Shown in pieces: positions 27,495 through 38,110 of a DNA stretch of 64,000 bases. The number at the start of each line of letters is the position of its first letter. Position 1 is the first letter of the stretch. The stretch is from Thermoplasmata archaeon. Its GTDB lineage: Archaea > Thermoplasmatota > Thermoplasmata > Halarchaeoplasmatales > Halarchaeoplasmataceae. The notes below the pieces were generated by a model. It saw nothing but the letters and a program-made list of their open reading frames with translations, did not search any database and was not told where the DNA came from. Made by a program: the position numbers and the translations under genes. The DNA lies in NCBI GenBank assembly GCA_003560595.1, contig PWKY01000088.1, positions 8,578 to 72,577 on the forward strand, given 5' to 3'.

Positions 27495-27774
27495 GAACGA
27501 AGATTTATTCAAGTGCCTCTCAGATCTGAACAGGAGAAGGATTCTATACTGTATAGGCAGACAGGAGATGTGTGTTAACTCTATTTCGGAATGCTTGGAA
27601 CTTGAACAATCCCTGGTGAGCCATCATCTAAAAGAGTTGTACACCTGTGGACTTGTCACGAGAGAGAGAAGAGGAAAGAAGAACTATTACAGAGTTTCAC
27701 AAAAGCAGGTTATAGCTCTCTTAGAGAGTGCAAAAGAGCTTGGAGATTCGTTGAAGGTGTGTAAAAGTGACTGA
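27493..27774 (+). CDS. arsR: ArsR/SmtB family transcriptional repressor
   Basis: [32 protein letters not shown]; Cys-rich; upstream of acr3. Confidence 0.88.
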
Positions 27775-28840
27775 AGAACACGGGCTGGGTTTTTTTGAAA
27801 GATACCTTACATTATGGGTAGCTATATGTATCGTTCTCGCCATGGTTATCGGATATCTTTACCCCGGGATCACCGATTCTTTTGAAGCCTTTGAGATATC
27901 CGGTTACTCGATACCGGTGGTCATCGTTTTATTTCTTATGATCTATCCCATAATGGTCCAAACCCCATTCCAGAAGATATTACAGGCCGGAAAAACAGCC
28001 AAACCGATCATGGCCACTTTGGGTCTTAATTGGGGAGTAAAACCGTTCTTAAAAGCTGGTTTAGCCTGGCTCTTTTTTGCGGTGATATGGGCAAGATATC
28101 TGACGCCTGAAATGACCAGTGAGTTGATCGGAGGTATGATATTACTCGGTATAGCACCGTGTACCGCCATGGTCCTTGTCTGGTCGTATCTGTCAAAGGG
28201 AAACATGGGCCACACCATAGTCGTGACCGCCATCAATTCCTTATCCATGCTAGTTTTTTACGCACCACTGGCGATAATCCTATTACCGATAGCCGGAGCT
28301 AGTGGAACTGATATAGGAGTTCCATTCGGAAAGATAGCCTTCGGGGTTTTAGCATATATCGGAGGTCCTCTAGTAGCAGGTTATATCACCAGAAAGATCA
28401 TACTGGACAAAAAAGGAGAGGAATGGTTCGAAGGGTTTGTAAATAGATTACACTATGTTTCGATCACCGCCCTGTTGATCACCATCGTGGTGATAGTATC
28501 CCCTCATTCAGGTACTATAATGGATCGACCTTTGATAGTTCTACTGATAGCCATCCCTCTTCTCGTACAGTTCCTGATCATGTTCATCATATCCTATTGG
28601 ACTGCAAAAAAGATAGGACTTCCATATGAAGATGCAGCACCCACAGCTCAGATCGCTACAAGTAATCATTTCGAAGTAACTATCGCTATGTCAGTAACAC
28701 TCTTCGGCATCGATTCATATGCAACCCTGGCCGCAGTTACTGGATTACTCATCGAGGTACCGATCATGCTCGTCATAGTGCATATATGTTTAAGGACCCA
28801 ACACTGGTTCCCAGCGATCTCGAGGGAGGAGATGGAATGA
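27767..28840 (+). CDS. acr3: Acr3 family arsenite efflux transporter
   Basis: [52 protein letters not shown]. Confidence 0.93.
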   Translation: MTEEHGLGFFERYLTLWVAICIVLAMVIGYLYPGITDSFEAFEISGYSIPVVIVLFLMIYPIMVQTPFQKILQAGKTAKPIMATLGLNWGVKPFLKAGLAWLFFAVIWARYLTPEMTSELIGGMILLGIAPCTAMVLVWSYLSKGNMGHTIVVTAINSLSMLVFYAPLAIILLPIAGASGTDIGVPFGKIAFGVLAYIGGPLVAGYITRKIILDKKGEEWFEGFVNRLHYVSITALLITIVVIVSPHSGTIMDRPLIVLLIAIPLLVQFLIMFIISYWTAKKIGLPYEDAAPTAQIATSNHFEVTIAMSVTLFGIDSYATLAAVTGLLIEVPIMLVIVHICLRTQHWFPAISREEME

Positions 28841-29511
28841 AGGAATTATTGATCTCCGACGTGCATGGTAACCTTGAAGCACTCGATGAAGTTCTCAGGC
28901 TCGAACGTTGGGATAATATATACTGCATGGGAGATATCGTTGATTACGGTCCCTCACCCCAGGAATGTATAGGAGTGATAAGAGAAAAAGCGATCACGGT
29001 GAAAGGTAATCACGACAACGCAGTCGTCACCGGGATGGACTGTGGCTGTGGATACGAGATGAAGGAACTATCACAGGAAGTAAGAAAGTATTCCATAGAA
29101 CAGATCGACCAAAAAGGGAAACGGTTTCTGGCAGACCTTCCCATGTACGTATCAACCCATGGAAAACTACTCACTCATGCGTCATTGAACGATCTATTCA
29201 AATATCTCAAACCGGAAACTCCAGAAGAAGAATTTCGATCCTTTTCGGATGTAGAAGAAGATATCGTCCTATTAGGACACACACATATACCCATGGACAG
29301 AACGATAAATGGAAAAAGATACATCAATCCTGGGAGTCTAGGACAGCCCAGAGACGGTGATTGGAGAGGCTCCTACGCCATATTAGAGGACGGTGAACTA
29401 ATTTTTCAAAGGATCGAATACGATATCGATAGAACGATAGAAAAAATGGAAAGAATGGGTTTTCCTGAAAGAGCTGTTAGGATACTGCGTGAAGGTAAGG
29501 TAGTCCCTTAG
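28837..29511 (+). CDS. Calcineurin-like metallophosphoesterase (YfcE/MJ0936 family)
   Basis: [33 protein letters not shown]; GGAGG RBS before ATG 28837. Confidence 0.9.
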   Translation: MKELLISDVHGNLEALDEVLRLERWDNIYCMGDIVDYGPSPQECIGVIREKAITVKGNHDNAVVTGMDCGCGYEMKELSQEVRKYSIEQIDQKGKRFLADLPMYVSTHGKLLTHASLNDLFKYLKPETPEEEFRSFSDVEEDIVLLGHTHIPMDRTINGKRYINPGSLGQPRDGDWRGSYAILEDGELIFQRIEYDIDRTIEKMERMGFPERAVRILREGKVVP

Positions 29512-29512
29512 A

Positions 29513-30847
29513 TCACCATAGTTCTAAAGAGTCCACCATCTCTTGTGATCTTCCGGTATAATTCACCGGATCCATCATCTCTTCGAGTTCATGCTCATCC
29601 AGCAGTTCCATGACCTCACTATTACCCAGCAGTATATCTTTGAAGTGTTTATCCTCCGCGCGAGCTACCATGGACGCCTGCCGGATCAATTCGTGGGCTT
29701 CCTGCCTACTCATGCCCTTCTTAGTTAATCCCATCATCACCGATTCGGCCATTATCAAACCCTTGCTCAGTTCGATGTTCTTCATCATGTTCTCCGGGAA
29801 TACCTCTAGATTCTTGAACACTTTCTCAGATTTTGCCAGGATATCATCCAGCAATATCAGAGTGTGTCCTAATGTAAAACGTTCAGACGATGAATTGGTC
29901 AGGTCTCTCTCGTGCCATGTGATCAAGTTTTCGAAGGTGGGTAGGACGAATCCTCGGAGGGTTTTCGCCAAACCGCATATGTTTTCAGCGACTATGGGGT
30001 TCTTCTTGTGGGCCATGGTGGAACTGCCTACCTGTTTCTTTACGTCGAAAGCCTCGGCGGCCTCCATGATCTCAGGTCTCTGTAGGTTCCTCACTTCTGT
30101 AGAGTATTTTTGCAATGAACCGGAAAGTGAGGCTGCAAAGCATATCAGCTCCGTATATCTATCTCTTCCAACGACCTGACACGCGATCTCTTCCACTCCT
30201 AGATCCAATTCATCCATGACTGAACGCTGTAACTGTTCGGCATGCTCACCGAGAGCAGCCCCGGTTCCGACGGCACCGCTCATCTTACCGACGGCAATAC
30301 GTCCCTTCATCTCATCCAAGCGTTCTATGTAACGTTCTATCTCCTTAACATAGACAGATATCTTTAAACCAAACGTTATAGGGACTGCATGCTGTGCATG
30401 GGTCCTACCGACCATAACCGTATCTCTGTGCTCTTTTGCTTTTTCCACCAACGTATTGTGAAGTGATACTAGATCTTCCCGTATCAATTCAACAGCTTCC
30501 TTCAAGATCAAAGCGGAAGCCGTATCGATGATGTCATTGGAAGTTGCACCGAGGTGGATGTATTTCTCAGCATCCCCACAGAAACGGCCGAGAACTCTGA
30601 CCAAGGCCATGATATCGTGTTTTGTTTCCTCCTTCTCGACGCGCTCCACTTCACGCCAATCGACCTTTTCGGAGTTTGCGTTCTGAACTATCACCTCGGC
30701 AGCCCCTTTGGGTATATTTCCCACTTCGGCGTGTGCCTTAGCAAGAGCTGCCTCGACGTCCAGTAATTTCTGTACGTGGTTTTCCTTACTGAAGATCGTC
30801 TTCATCCGTTCACGGCCGTATCTGTAATCGAGGGGACACACTATCAT
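29513..30847 (-). CDS. purB: Adenylosuccinate lyase
   Basis: HLGATSNDI, GRTHAQHA, GSSTMAHKKNP, WHERDLTNSSSER. Confidence 0.95.
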   Translation of the reverse strand: MIVCPLDYRYGRERMKTIFSKENHVQKLLDVEAALAKAHAEVGNIPKGAAEVIVQNANSEKVDWREVERVEKEETKHDIMALVRVLGRFCGDAEKYIHLGATSNDIIDTASALILKEAVELIREDLVSLHNTLVEKAKEHRDTVMVGRTHAQHAVPITFGLKISVYVKEIERYIERLDEMKGRIAVGKMSGAVGTGAALGEHAEQLQRSVMDELDLGVEEIACQVVGRDRYTELICFAASLSGSLQKYSTEVRNLQRPEIMEAAEAFDVKKQVGSSTMAHKKNPIVAENICGLAKTLRGFVLPTFENLITWHERDLTNSSSERFTLGHTLILLDDILAKSEKVFKNLEVFPENMMKNIELSKGLIMAESVMMGLTKKGMSRQEAHELIRQASMVARAEDKHFKDILLGNSEVMELLDEHELEEMMDPVNYTGRSQEMVDSLELW

Positions 30848-30856
30848 ACTGAATCA

Positions 30857-31864
30857 CTACTCGATACCCATACCGGCATTGGTTTTCTCGATACTCTTCA
30901 TGTTGTCCTCTTCCATCTCCATCATGGCTCGGATAGCGTCGATATTTTCAGGAACGATATCGCTCTCTTGATGGATCGCTTGGTAATAGTACAATGTACC
31001 GTCCTCCACCTGGGTACCGTCCTTCCAGACCGCTATCTCGTTTATATCTCCTCTAACGTTACCCCTGTCTTTAGCCCATTCCATGATTTTAGCGGTGGAA
31101 TCTACTCCCTGTGAAGCCTCAAAGAACTTGACCCTTGGTGTCCTTTCCCATAGATCCAATATGTGCTCGGTGTCCACATCTTCTTTAAGATCGACGATCA
31201 CGCTGTGAAGATGCATTATCGTCGTAGGAACTTTTACCGCGGTGGTTTGTATGTTGATCTCAGGAACTACACTTTGGACATCTGGCCCGTGATGTGATGG
31301 TATGTTGAGTACTGGGTTTATCGAGTTTATCGGTCCTCTTTTGGTATCCCATGGATCCGCGCTTCTCCGTATCATCACTGCGTTCACTCTATCAATCCCT
31401 ATATCTGTATGTATAGGATACAATGTCCTCAGTAGACCGGTGGTATTACAAGAGACCACTCGTACGTAATCCGCACCATATGCTTCGTCGTAGTTTGCCA
31501 ATGAGTTAAAGGACAGTCCAGTTAAAGAATGCTTCTCACCACCCTGCCACATAGCTTTGACACCCGCCTTCTCGTATATCGGTTTGTATCCCGCTTTTTT
31601 TGGCGTACAATCAACTATTATATCGGCGGCAGCTAAGAGGTCATACAGCATGCCCTGAACCTCTATCCCCTTCTCATCGAAGGCGTCTAGATGGTCTTTT
31701 GAAGCCGCATAGAATGGATATCCGAGTTCATTAGCCAATCGTGCCTCATAAGTCGGACTCCTTTTGGATACTCCAACGACTTCCATATCGCTCTGCTGGG
31801 CCACGGCGTCCGCGACCCTTTTCCCTACCGTACCATATCCGTTTATTCCTACTTTTACAGTCAT
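30857..31864 (-). CDS. gap: Archaeal type II glyceraldehyde-3-phosphate dehydrogenase
   Basis: NGYGTVGKRVADAV, VVSCNTTGL, SHHGPDV, IHQESDIVPENIDAIRAM. Confidence 0.95.
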   Translation of the reverse strand: MTVKVGINGYGTVGKRVADAVAQQSDMEVVGVSKRSPTYEARLANELGYPFYAASKDHLDAFDEKGIEVQGMLYDLLAAADIIVDCTPKKAGYKPIYEKAGVKAMWQGGEKHSLTGLSFNSLANYDEAYGADYVRVVSCNTTGLLRTLYPIHTDIGIDRVNAVMIRRSADPWDTKRGPINSINPVLNIPSHHGPDVQSVVPEINIQTTAVKVPTTIMHLHSVIVDLKEDVDTEHILDLWERTPRVKFFEASQGVDSTAKIMEWAKDRGNVRGDINEIAVWKDGTQVEDGTLYYYQAIHQESDIVPENIDAIRAMMEMEEDNMKSIEKTNAGMGIE

Positions 31865-31963
31865 TTTTTTATCCCCTGTGAAACTCTATCAACATGCAGG
31901 ATAAGAATATTACGGTCTGTTTCACCGAGAATTTTATAAGATAACAGATACTATGAAACTAAC

Positions 31964-32626
31964 ATGAGTGAATATGGCGATACAGAGGTGTTTTGGGACG
32001 GCGTCTTCTCACAAAGAACTCCTGGATTCGATGCATATGAACCACTTCATTATGAATGGATGGAGGATGCTCTCGATTGGATAATAGAACCAGGATTTCG
32101 AGTTATAGACTTTGGATGTGGCAGCGGTAAATTATTACTTCGTGCAGCGGCGAAAGGCGCAGCTTCCATCAAGGGTATAGACATAAGTTCTAATGCCATA
32201 GAATTTTGTGAGAAAAACGCTGAAGGATGCGGAGTTCCACATGAGTTCGTCAAAGGAGGTGTATATGCCTTAAAGGACATTCCAGACTCTGAATTCGACA
32301 GTGGAATACTATTCAATATAGTGGATAATCTATTACCTGATGATTCACATGCGGTGATGAAAAACTTCAAACGGATATTAAAACCAGATGGCAGGATGAT
32401 AGTAAAATTGAACGATTACATTGAACCATCGGACATGGAAGAGATGGGTGCAGAAGAGATATCCAACGGTTTGTACTTTGAGCAAACAGGTCTTTACCTA
32501 TGGGATCTAACAGATGAAGAAGCCCGACGACTACTGGAAGAATACTTCTATATTGAAGAAGAAAAAAGGGTTCATTATCCTGAACACGATGCTTACAATC
32601 GACTATATTATCTGGTGATGAAATGA
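31964..32626 (+). CDS. Class I SAM-dependent methyltransferase
   Basis: VIDFGCGSG, GIDIS, RILKPDG. Confidence 0.88.
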   Translation: MSEYGDTEVFWDGVFSQRTPGFDAYEPLHYEWMEDALDWIIEPGFRVIDFGCGSGKLLLRAAAKGAASIKGIDISSNAIEFCEKNAEGCGVPHEFVKGGVYALKDIPDSEFDSGILFNIVDNLLPDDSHAVMKNFKRILKPDGRMIVKLNDYIEPSDMEEMGAEEISNGLYFEQTGLYLWDLTDEEARRLLEEYFYIEEEKRVHYPEHDAYNRLYYLVMK

Positions 32627-33198
32627 AAAAAGATATTTTAAGTAGATTAGAAAGTGTGCTAAAAGATAAAGGCCTAAGATTCAAGGAGGAAGCTCCTGGG
32701 CGTATCAAAGGTCACTCTTACGTTAAATTATATATGGAAAACGATTTCCTGATGTATGTGGGTATATACGATGGTTCACCTCCATATTATTTTCCGTGGA
32801 TAGAATTATTTGGTATCGAACCATATCCGGATAAAGAATACTTTTTTGGATTTGAATTAGAAGAATTTTTAATTAAATCATGTTCGGAAACATTACCTCC
32901 CGGCGGAAGATTATTTGTGGACTACTCAGAGGATGAAGAAACTCAACGAGAATTAAATGAAGGTGTTCCACCACCGATAAGTAGACTTGGATATCTCATG
33001 TTCAAACATGGTTTCACCTGGTTCAAAGATTGGTACTTTCCAGAGGGTTTTAATGAAGGGGGTTACAAACTACAGGGTGAAAAACCCCTTGATGAAAAAA
33101 GGCGTGAAGCACACATCGAAACCATACGCCGAGAGGTTGACACATATTTATCAAAAAATGAAAACGATAAACTGTTAAAGCGTGCTGAGAAGTTATGA
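32623..33198 (+). CDS. DUF1122 family protein
   Basis: [45 protein letters not shown]. Confidence 0.8.
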   Translation: [191 protein letters not shown]

Positions 33199-33245
33199 TA
33201 AATCTACCTATCGATTAATATAACAAACATATTGATGACATAAAG

Positions 33246-34061
33246 ATGCAAGGAGATCCACCATCAGTTTCGATCTTAAAGCGCCTTTTCAGATACAGAT
33301 TCTGGATCGCTAAGATGACCAACATACCACTGGTTGGTAATATCATAGACGATGCGTTCTTCGAAAATGATGATATGATATACCTACCGATGGACAAAAA
33401 TATAACCATACAAAGAGAAGTCAAGATACATCGTCCGTCGGAGATCGTACTCCCATCTCAGGTCGTCGAATATTTCATAGAAAGATCTGAGCATTTTTGG
33501 ATAATGGATCATTGCATATGCCGTGAATCTACCGGGTGTGAGGATTACCCTCGTGATATAGGCTGCCTTTTTTTAGGAGAAGCAACAAAAGATATCAACC
33601 CTTTGATGGGGAGATCGGTTACCAAAAAAGAAGCCTTTGAACACGTGGATAAAGCGAGAAAGGCTGGATTGGTCCATCTTATAGGACGAAACAAGTTAGA
33701 TCCAGTTTGGTTAGGTGTAGGACCCGATGATAAATTTTTAACCATATGTAACTGCTGCTCTTGCTGCTGCCTATGGAGGATGATCCCCGATCTATCTCCT
33801 GATATCTCTGCTAAGATCAAAAGGATGCCTGGAGTATCCGTCTCTATCGACCCTCGCTGTGTCGGCTGTGGCAAGTGCGCCGATATCTGCTTTGTAGATG
33901 CCATCGAAATAATAGATGGAAAAGCAACTGTGAGTGATGAATGCAGAGGATGCAGTCGCTGTGTCTATGTGTGTTCTGAAAAAGCGATCAAGTTGACTAC
34001 AGAGGAGATCAACGTCGATGATTTTATCTCACGTATCGAATCCACGGTAGATCTTTCATGA
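33246..34061 (+). CDS. 4Fe-4S dicluster domain protein
   Basis: CICR, ICNCCSCCC, CVGCGKCADIC, CRGCSRCVYVC. Confidence 0.85.
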   Translation: MQGDPPSVSILKRLFRYRFWIAKMTNIPLVGNIIDDAFFENDDMIYLPMDKNITIQREVKIHRPSEIVLPSQVVEYFIERSEHFWIMDHCICRESTGCEDYPRDIGCLFLGEATKDINPLMGRSVTKKEAFEHVDKARKAGLVHLIGRNKLDPVWLGVGPDDKFLTICNCCSCCCLWRMIPDLSPDISAKIKRMPGVSVSIDPRCVGCGKCADICFVDAIEIIDGKATVSDECRGCSRCVYVCSEKAIKLTTEEINVDDFISRIESTVDLS

Positions 34062-34064
34062 CCG

Positions 34065-34553
34065 TCACTTTAAACGGGCCGTTTTAACTTCCCCACCACA
34101 AACCATGCAATCTTCTACAGGTTCCTTGTACCAGCGTTTGCATTTAACGCATCTGTGACTCCATTTGTATTCTTTCTTGATCTCAGCAAGTGCCAATCCT
34201 CTGAAATCGACTCCAAGTGCCTTAGCAAGATTTTGGATGGAATAATCATCCGTGATCACAGTTGCATCAAGATGAAGTGCAAGAGCTAGTAATTCTATGT
34301 CTGTATTCGATAATCGCAAATAATCTCCGGTACGTTTGGCGTGTGCTTTTACCTCTTGTATGTACGGACCTGGTGGAGTGACTACCTTTAATCCTCCTGC
34401 TAGTAACCGCTGTAATTTGTTATACCATCTGCCTCCTTTTTTAATTTCATCCGTCACCGAGGGAGGTATATACATCTCATTTACCATCGGTAGATCTTTT
34501 CCAGATAATATCACAGAGGTGTCTAATACGTATTTAGAGCGTTTATCGTTCAA
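34065..34553 (-). CDS. nob1: Nob1 PIN-domain rRNA endonuclease
   Basis: VLDTS, TGD..RLSNTDIELLALA, TDDYSIQN, C-terminal CxxC...CxxC ribbon. Confidence 0.9.
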   Translation of the reverse strand: MNDKRSKYVLDTSVILSGKDLPMVNEMYIPPSVTDEIKKGGRWYNKLQRLLAGGLKVVTPPGPYIQEVKAHAKRTGDYLRLSNTDIELLALALHLDATVITDDYSIQNLAKALGVDFRGLALAEIKKEYKWSHRCVKCKRWYKEPVEDCMVCGGEVKTARLK

Positions 34554-34614
34554 CTTATCAAGGAGTTAAACTTTTCATATCACTTAAATACTTCCTTTTA
34601 TCTAATCACAAAAC

Positions 34615-35136
34615 ATGGGAATCTATGCTTTTGAAGGAAGAAAACCCAAGATACATGAGACCGCTTATGTAAGTCCATCCGCCGACGTCATAGGCGATGT
34701 GACCATCGGTAAAGAGTGCTTTATCGCACCCGGTGCTCGCCTTAAAGGAGATTACGGGACTATAGAGATCGGAGATTATTCTAATGTGCAGGAAAATTGT
34801 GTTATACATGCTAGGCCAGATGAATACACTATCATCGGAGATTGGGTCTCTGTTGGTCACGGAGCTATAATCCATGGAGCGAAAATCGACGATTGGGCGG
34901 TGATAGGCATGGGTTCTGTAGTTAGCGATTACGCGACTGTAGGTCCCTGGGCCGTAGTCGCCGAGGGGGCGGTAGTGGTCAGTAAATCTCGTATATCTGA
35001 AGGTACCATCGTCGTTGGAATACCTGCTAAAAGTAAAGGAAAGATAGATGAAGAGTTCAAGGAGAGGTGGATCGAGATAAAGAAAAAGTATAGATCCTTC
35101 TCTAAAAGATACAAAGAGGGATTAGTGCCATTATGA
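34615..35136 (+). CDS. Gamma-carbonic anhydrase/PaaY-like hexapeptide-repeat protein
   Basis: IGDVTIG, SNVQENCVIH, VGHGAIIHG. Confidence 0.88.
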   Translation: MGIYAFEGRKPKIHETAYVSPSADVIGDVTIGKECFIAPGARLKGDYGTIEIGDYSNVQENCVIHARPDEYTIIGDWVSVGHGAIIHGAKIDDWAVIGMGSVVSDYATVGPWAVVAEGAVVVSKSRISEGTIVVGIPAKSKGKIDEEFKERWIEIKKKYRSFSKRYKEGLVPL

Positions 35137-35139
35137 TCT

Positions 35140-36750
35140 TTACTCGGTAAAAGAAACGATCTTAAGGATCTTCTCAACGGTTTTTTCGTCTTGTATGATA
35201 TTAAGCAATTCAGAAACGTTTTTGGGTTGAGTTCTAAAAATATCTGCAGCCCTTTTACTACCTATTCCAGGTATCGCCTCTAATTGTTTAAAACTAGCTT
35301 CATTTAAAACGAAGGGATGGTGAACTCCAGTGACACTTCTGAAACCGTACTCGGTTATCACGATGTCATAAAATCTGTTGTGCTCAAGAGGATATTTGAC
35401 CCCTACCAAAAGGGGATAAGTGCCCACCTGCCGACCGAAAGTAGTCTTCCCTTTTTTGACCTCAGTATAAACTTTTTTTAGCACAGTTCCTACTGGAAGC
35501 ATCTTCTTCAACATCGGTCTATCTATGTTTTTTCTAACCCTGGATTTGAACTCCTTGAATTCTCTCACATCGTAGGCGTCTCTTTCTTTCCCATGAAGCG
35601 ATAATTGACGGATGTTGATCCTTCTCAAAAGCATATCACTTTTCAGTAAATCTTCTAAGAAGGCATAGTTCAATTCATAGGTTTTCTTACTCTCACCAGG
35701 TAAACCGGCTATGAAGTTCAAACCTGGCAGTAGTTTGGGCATGCCGTTTGACCCCCTATCTCTACCATGTTCGTTGATGATCTCTATAGCTTTACAAACT
35801 TCGAAGGGTGTAGCGTTCAAGTTGTTTTTATCTATGACATGAGGATCAGCGGATTCCATACCTAGAGCCAGTACGTTTCCCGATGTAGTATGCTTTACCA
35901 GCACGCCCATCACCTCCCGAGATTCTTCTTCATGTTCAGCGATCACTGAAGGATTTGCGTTGTCAACATGGAGGACTTTTATGTCGGGGCACCGTTCCCA
36001 TATCCCTTGAAATAATTTCTTTATCTTCTCAGGAGAAGGAACTGGAACTTCTGTTTTACCCACCCCTTTAGCTCCGTAACTGATTATACATGATTGGCCA
36101 CCCAGTCGAAAGTTTCTTACCCCCTCTGAATACAGTCCTTCTATCTCTTCGATGATGGACTCTATAGAACGAAACACCGGTTTGCCGTAGTCGGGTTCAC
36201 TGCAAAAACTACACCCTCCAGTAAAATATCTAACACAACCTCGATATGTCTCGATCTCTGCTATCAAAGGTCGATTATACCAGGGATGCTGCTCAACAAC
36301 CTTTGCACCCAAAGTGGACCATCGTTTCAGCTCCGACGTATCGCTCCAGCGGTCCTTTGGTGAACCCTGAACTTTATCGTAAAAATAGGCGCTGAGATCT
36401 TTTTTAACTACGTGATCGTAGCCGGTAACAATACCATATCGAGCCAATGGGCCTCCGATATAGGATTCAGCAGAGGATCTGGAGAGATTGTTCGCCTCTT
36501 TGATACTCATGGGCCGTCCACTCAAATAATTACCGGGAACGGTAACTCCTCCATATACCAACAAGATCTTTGCTCTGGGAATACCCTCATCTCTCACGGA
36601 ATCGATGGTGATATATTTCCACTCGAATCCCAATTCCTCACAAACACCTGCCAGTATTCGTGGTTCTGGAGATAAGTAAGGAGGAACACCCAACAGAGCC
36701 GGTTCGTCAACGTAGCCGTCTATGATCAACACGTCGGTATCACTCATCAT
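35140..36750 (-). CDS. Radical SAM protein with C-terminal helix-hairpin-helix (COG1031-like)
   Basis: IIDGYVDEPA-LGVPPY, ETYRGC-x7-CSFC, LHVDNANP, RRINIRQ, LEAIPGIG. Confidence 0.85.
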   Translation of the reverse strand: MMSDTDVLIIDGYVDEPALLGVPPYLSPEPRILAGVCEELGFEWKYITIDSVRDEGIPRAKILLVYGGVTVPGNYLSGRPMSIKEANNLSRSSAESYIGGPLARYGIVTGYDHVVKKDLSAYFYDKVQGSPKDRWSDTSELKRWSTLGAKVVEQHPWYNRPLIAEIETYRGCVRYFTGGCSFCSEPDYGKPVFRSIESIIEEIEGLYSEGVRNFRLGGQSCIISYGAKGVGKTEVPVPSPEKIKKLFQGIWERCPDIKVLHVDNANPSVIAEHEEESREVMGVLVKHTTSGNVLALGMESADPHVIDKNNLNATPFEVCKAIEIINEHGRDRGSNGMPKLLPGLNFIAGLPGESKKTYELNYAFLEDLLKSDMLLRRINIRQLSLHGKERDAYDVREFKEFKSRVRKNIDRPMLKKMLPVGTVLKKVYTEVKKGKTTFGRQVGTYPLLVGVKYPLEHNRFYDIVITEYGFRSVTGVHHPFVLNEASFKQLEAIPGIGSKRAADIFRTQPKNVSELLNIIQDEKTVEKILKIVSFTE

Positions 36751-37036
36751 CGAACAACCTTTTCTTCACCTTCTTGATGGTGCCGCTGCTTATCAATGTT
36801 TTAACTTTCCCTCCACATATATCAATTGAATTGAGTATCTCTATAGTACGCTCTTTACCAAAATGCCTGCACCGAATTATACCCTTTTTTCCGTCAAATA
36901 CAGTAAGCCAGGGTTTTATTTCATCATATTCATCTTGGAAAGAACGACGTATTGCGTTGATCATGTTCCTTCTATCTGTTCTAGATCCCTGCAGTACGAA
37001 ACCGATGTAACGGAGCCTTTCATTTTTAACCGCCAT
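36740..37036 (-). CDS. rnp2: RNase P protein Pop5/Rpp14 family
   Basis: RLRYIGF, GIIRC-H, TLISSGTIKK. Confidence 0.8.
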   Translation of the reverse strand: MAVKNERLRYIGFVLQGSRTDRRNMINAIRRSFQDEYDEIKPWLTVFDGKKGIIRCRHFGKERTIEILNSIDICGGKVKTLISSGTIKKVKKRLFDDE

Positions 37037-37046
37037 ATGTGCGACC

Positions 37047-38021
37047 TTATTTCTTTCTAGAAACCTTTGGAACAGGTACTTCCTTTAATATCTCCGATAT
37101 GATGCCTTCAGTTTTAACACCCTTTATCGCAGGCCCAGGCTTCAATACCAACCTATGTGCCAAGGCTTCTTTTGCGATGAATTTGACGTCATCTGGGACG
37201 ACGTAATCTCTTCCCCGTATGGCTGCATTAGCCATGCCTAGTTTCATGAGTGCGAGACTTCCCCTAGGGCTTGAACCGACTTCGACCTGACCGTGTTCCC
37301 TGGTAAGATGAACTATGTTAACTATATATTTTTTAATATCATCGTCGAGGTGAACGTTTTCAACTACCTCTTGCATTTCTATCAATCCCGGGGCGTCGAT
37401 CACCTTATTAGTAAATACCTCGTCGGTGCGACGCTCCTTTCTCCTTAAAAGTATCTCGACTTCTTCTTTTTTAGATGGGTACCCTACTTCAAGTCTCATC
37501 AAAAACCGGTCTACCTGTGCCTCGGGTAACGGATATGTTCCTTCATATTCGATAGGGTTTTGAGTAGCCATCACGATAAATGGAGGCTTCATGTGATGAG
37601 TTTCACCTTCGATAGTGGTTTGTCTCTCTTGCATCGCTTCAAGAAGAGCTGCTTGAGTCTTGGGAGGAGCTCTGTTGATCTCGTCAGCCAAAAGGATATT
37701 TGTAAATATCGGACCTTTTCGCATCTTGAAATCACCGGTATTTCTATCGTAAACAAATGATCCGGTTATATCTGCTGGAAGAAGATCGGGTGTGAACTGG
37801 ATACGTTTAAAATCGCAGCCCAGTGCATCTGCGAAACAATTTGCCATCATGGTTTTTGCCAACCCTGGAAAATCTTCGAACAACAGATTACCGTTCGCTA
37901 AAAAACCTATGAGAGTTTTATGCATGACCGTCCTTTTTCCAACGATAGTTTGACCGACCTCGTCTATTATGTTTTTACACGTATTCGATACATCTTTTAC
38001 ATCCACATGAATTACCTCCAA
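37047..38021 (-). CDS. MoxR family AAA+ ATPase
   Basis: LLFEDFPGLAKT, RIQFTPDLLPADITG, LADEINRAPPKTQAALLEAM, ATQNPIEYEGTYPLPEAQVDRF. Confidence 0.93.
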   Translation of the reverse strand: MEVIHVDVKDVSNTCKNIIDEVGQTIVGKRTVMHKTLIGFLANGNLLFEDFPGLAKTMMANCFADALGCDFKRIQFTPDLLPADITGSFVYDRNTGDFKMRKGPIFTNILLADEINRAPPKTQAALLEAMQERQTTIEGETHHMKPPFIVMATQNPIEYEGTYPLPEAQVDRFLMRLEVGYPSKKEEVEILLRRKERRTDEVFTNKVIDAPGLIEMQEVVENVHLDDDIKKYIVNIVHLTREHGQVEVGSSPRGSLALMKLGMANAAIRGRDYVVPDDVKFIAKEALAHRLVLKPGPAIKGVKTEGIISEILKEVPVPKVSRKK

Positions 38022-38110
38022 GATGGGATTTACATCGGTAAAGAAGGGGTGCTGTATAATATATTTTTCATCGCCGACAATACTAAATCATCAAAGTATT
38101 ATTAACATAC

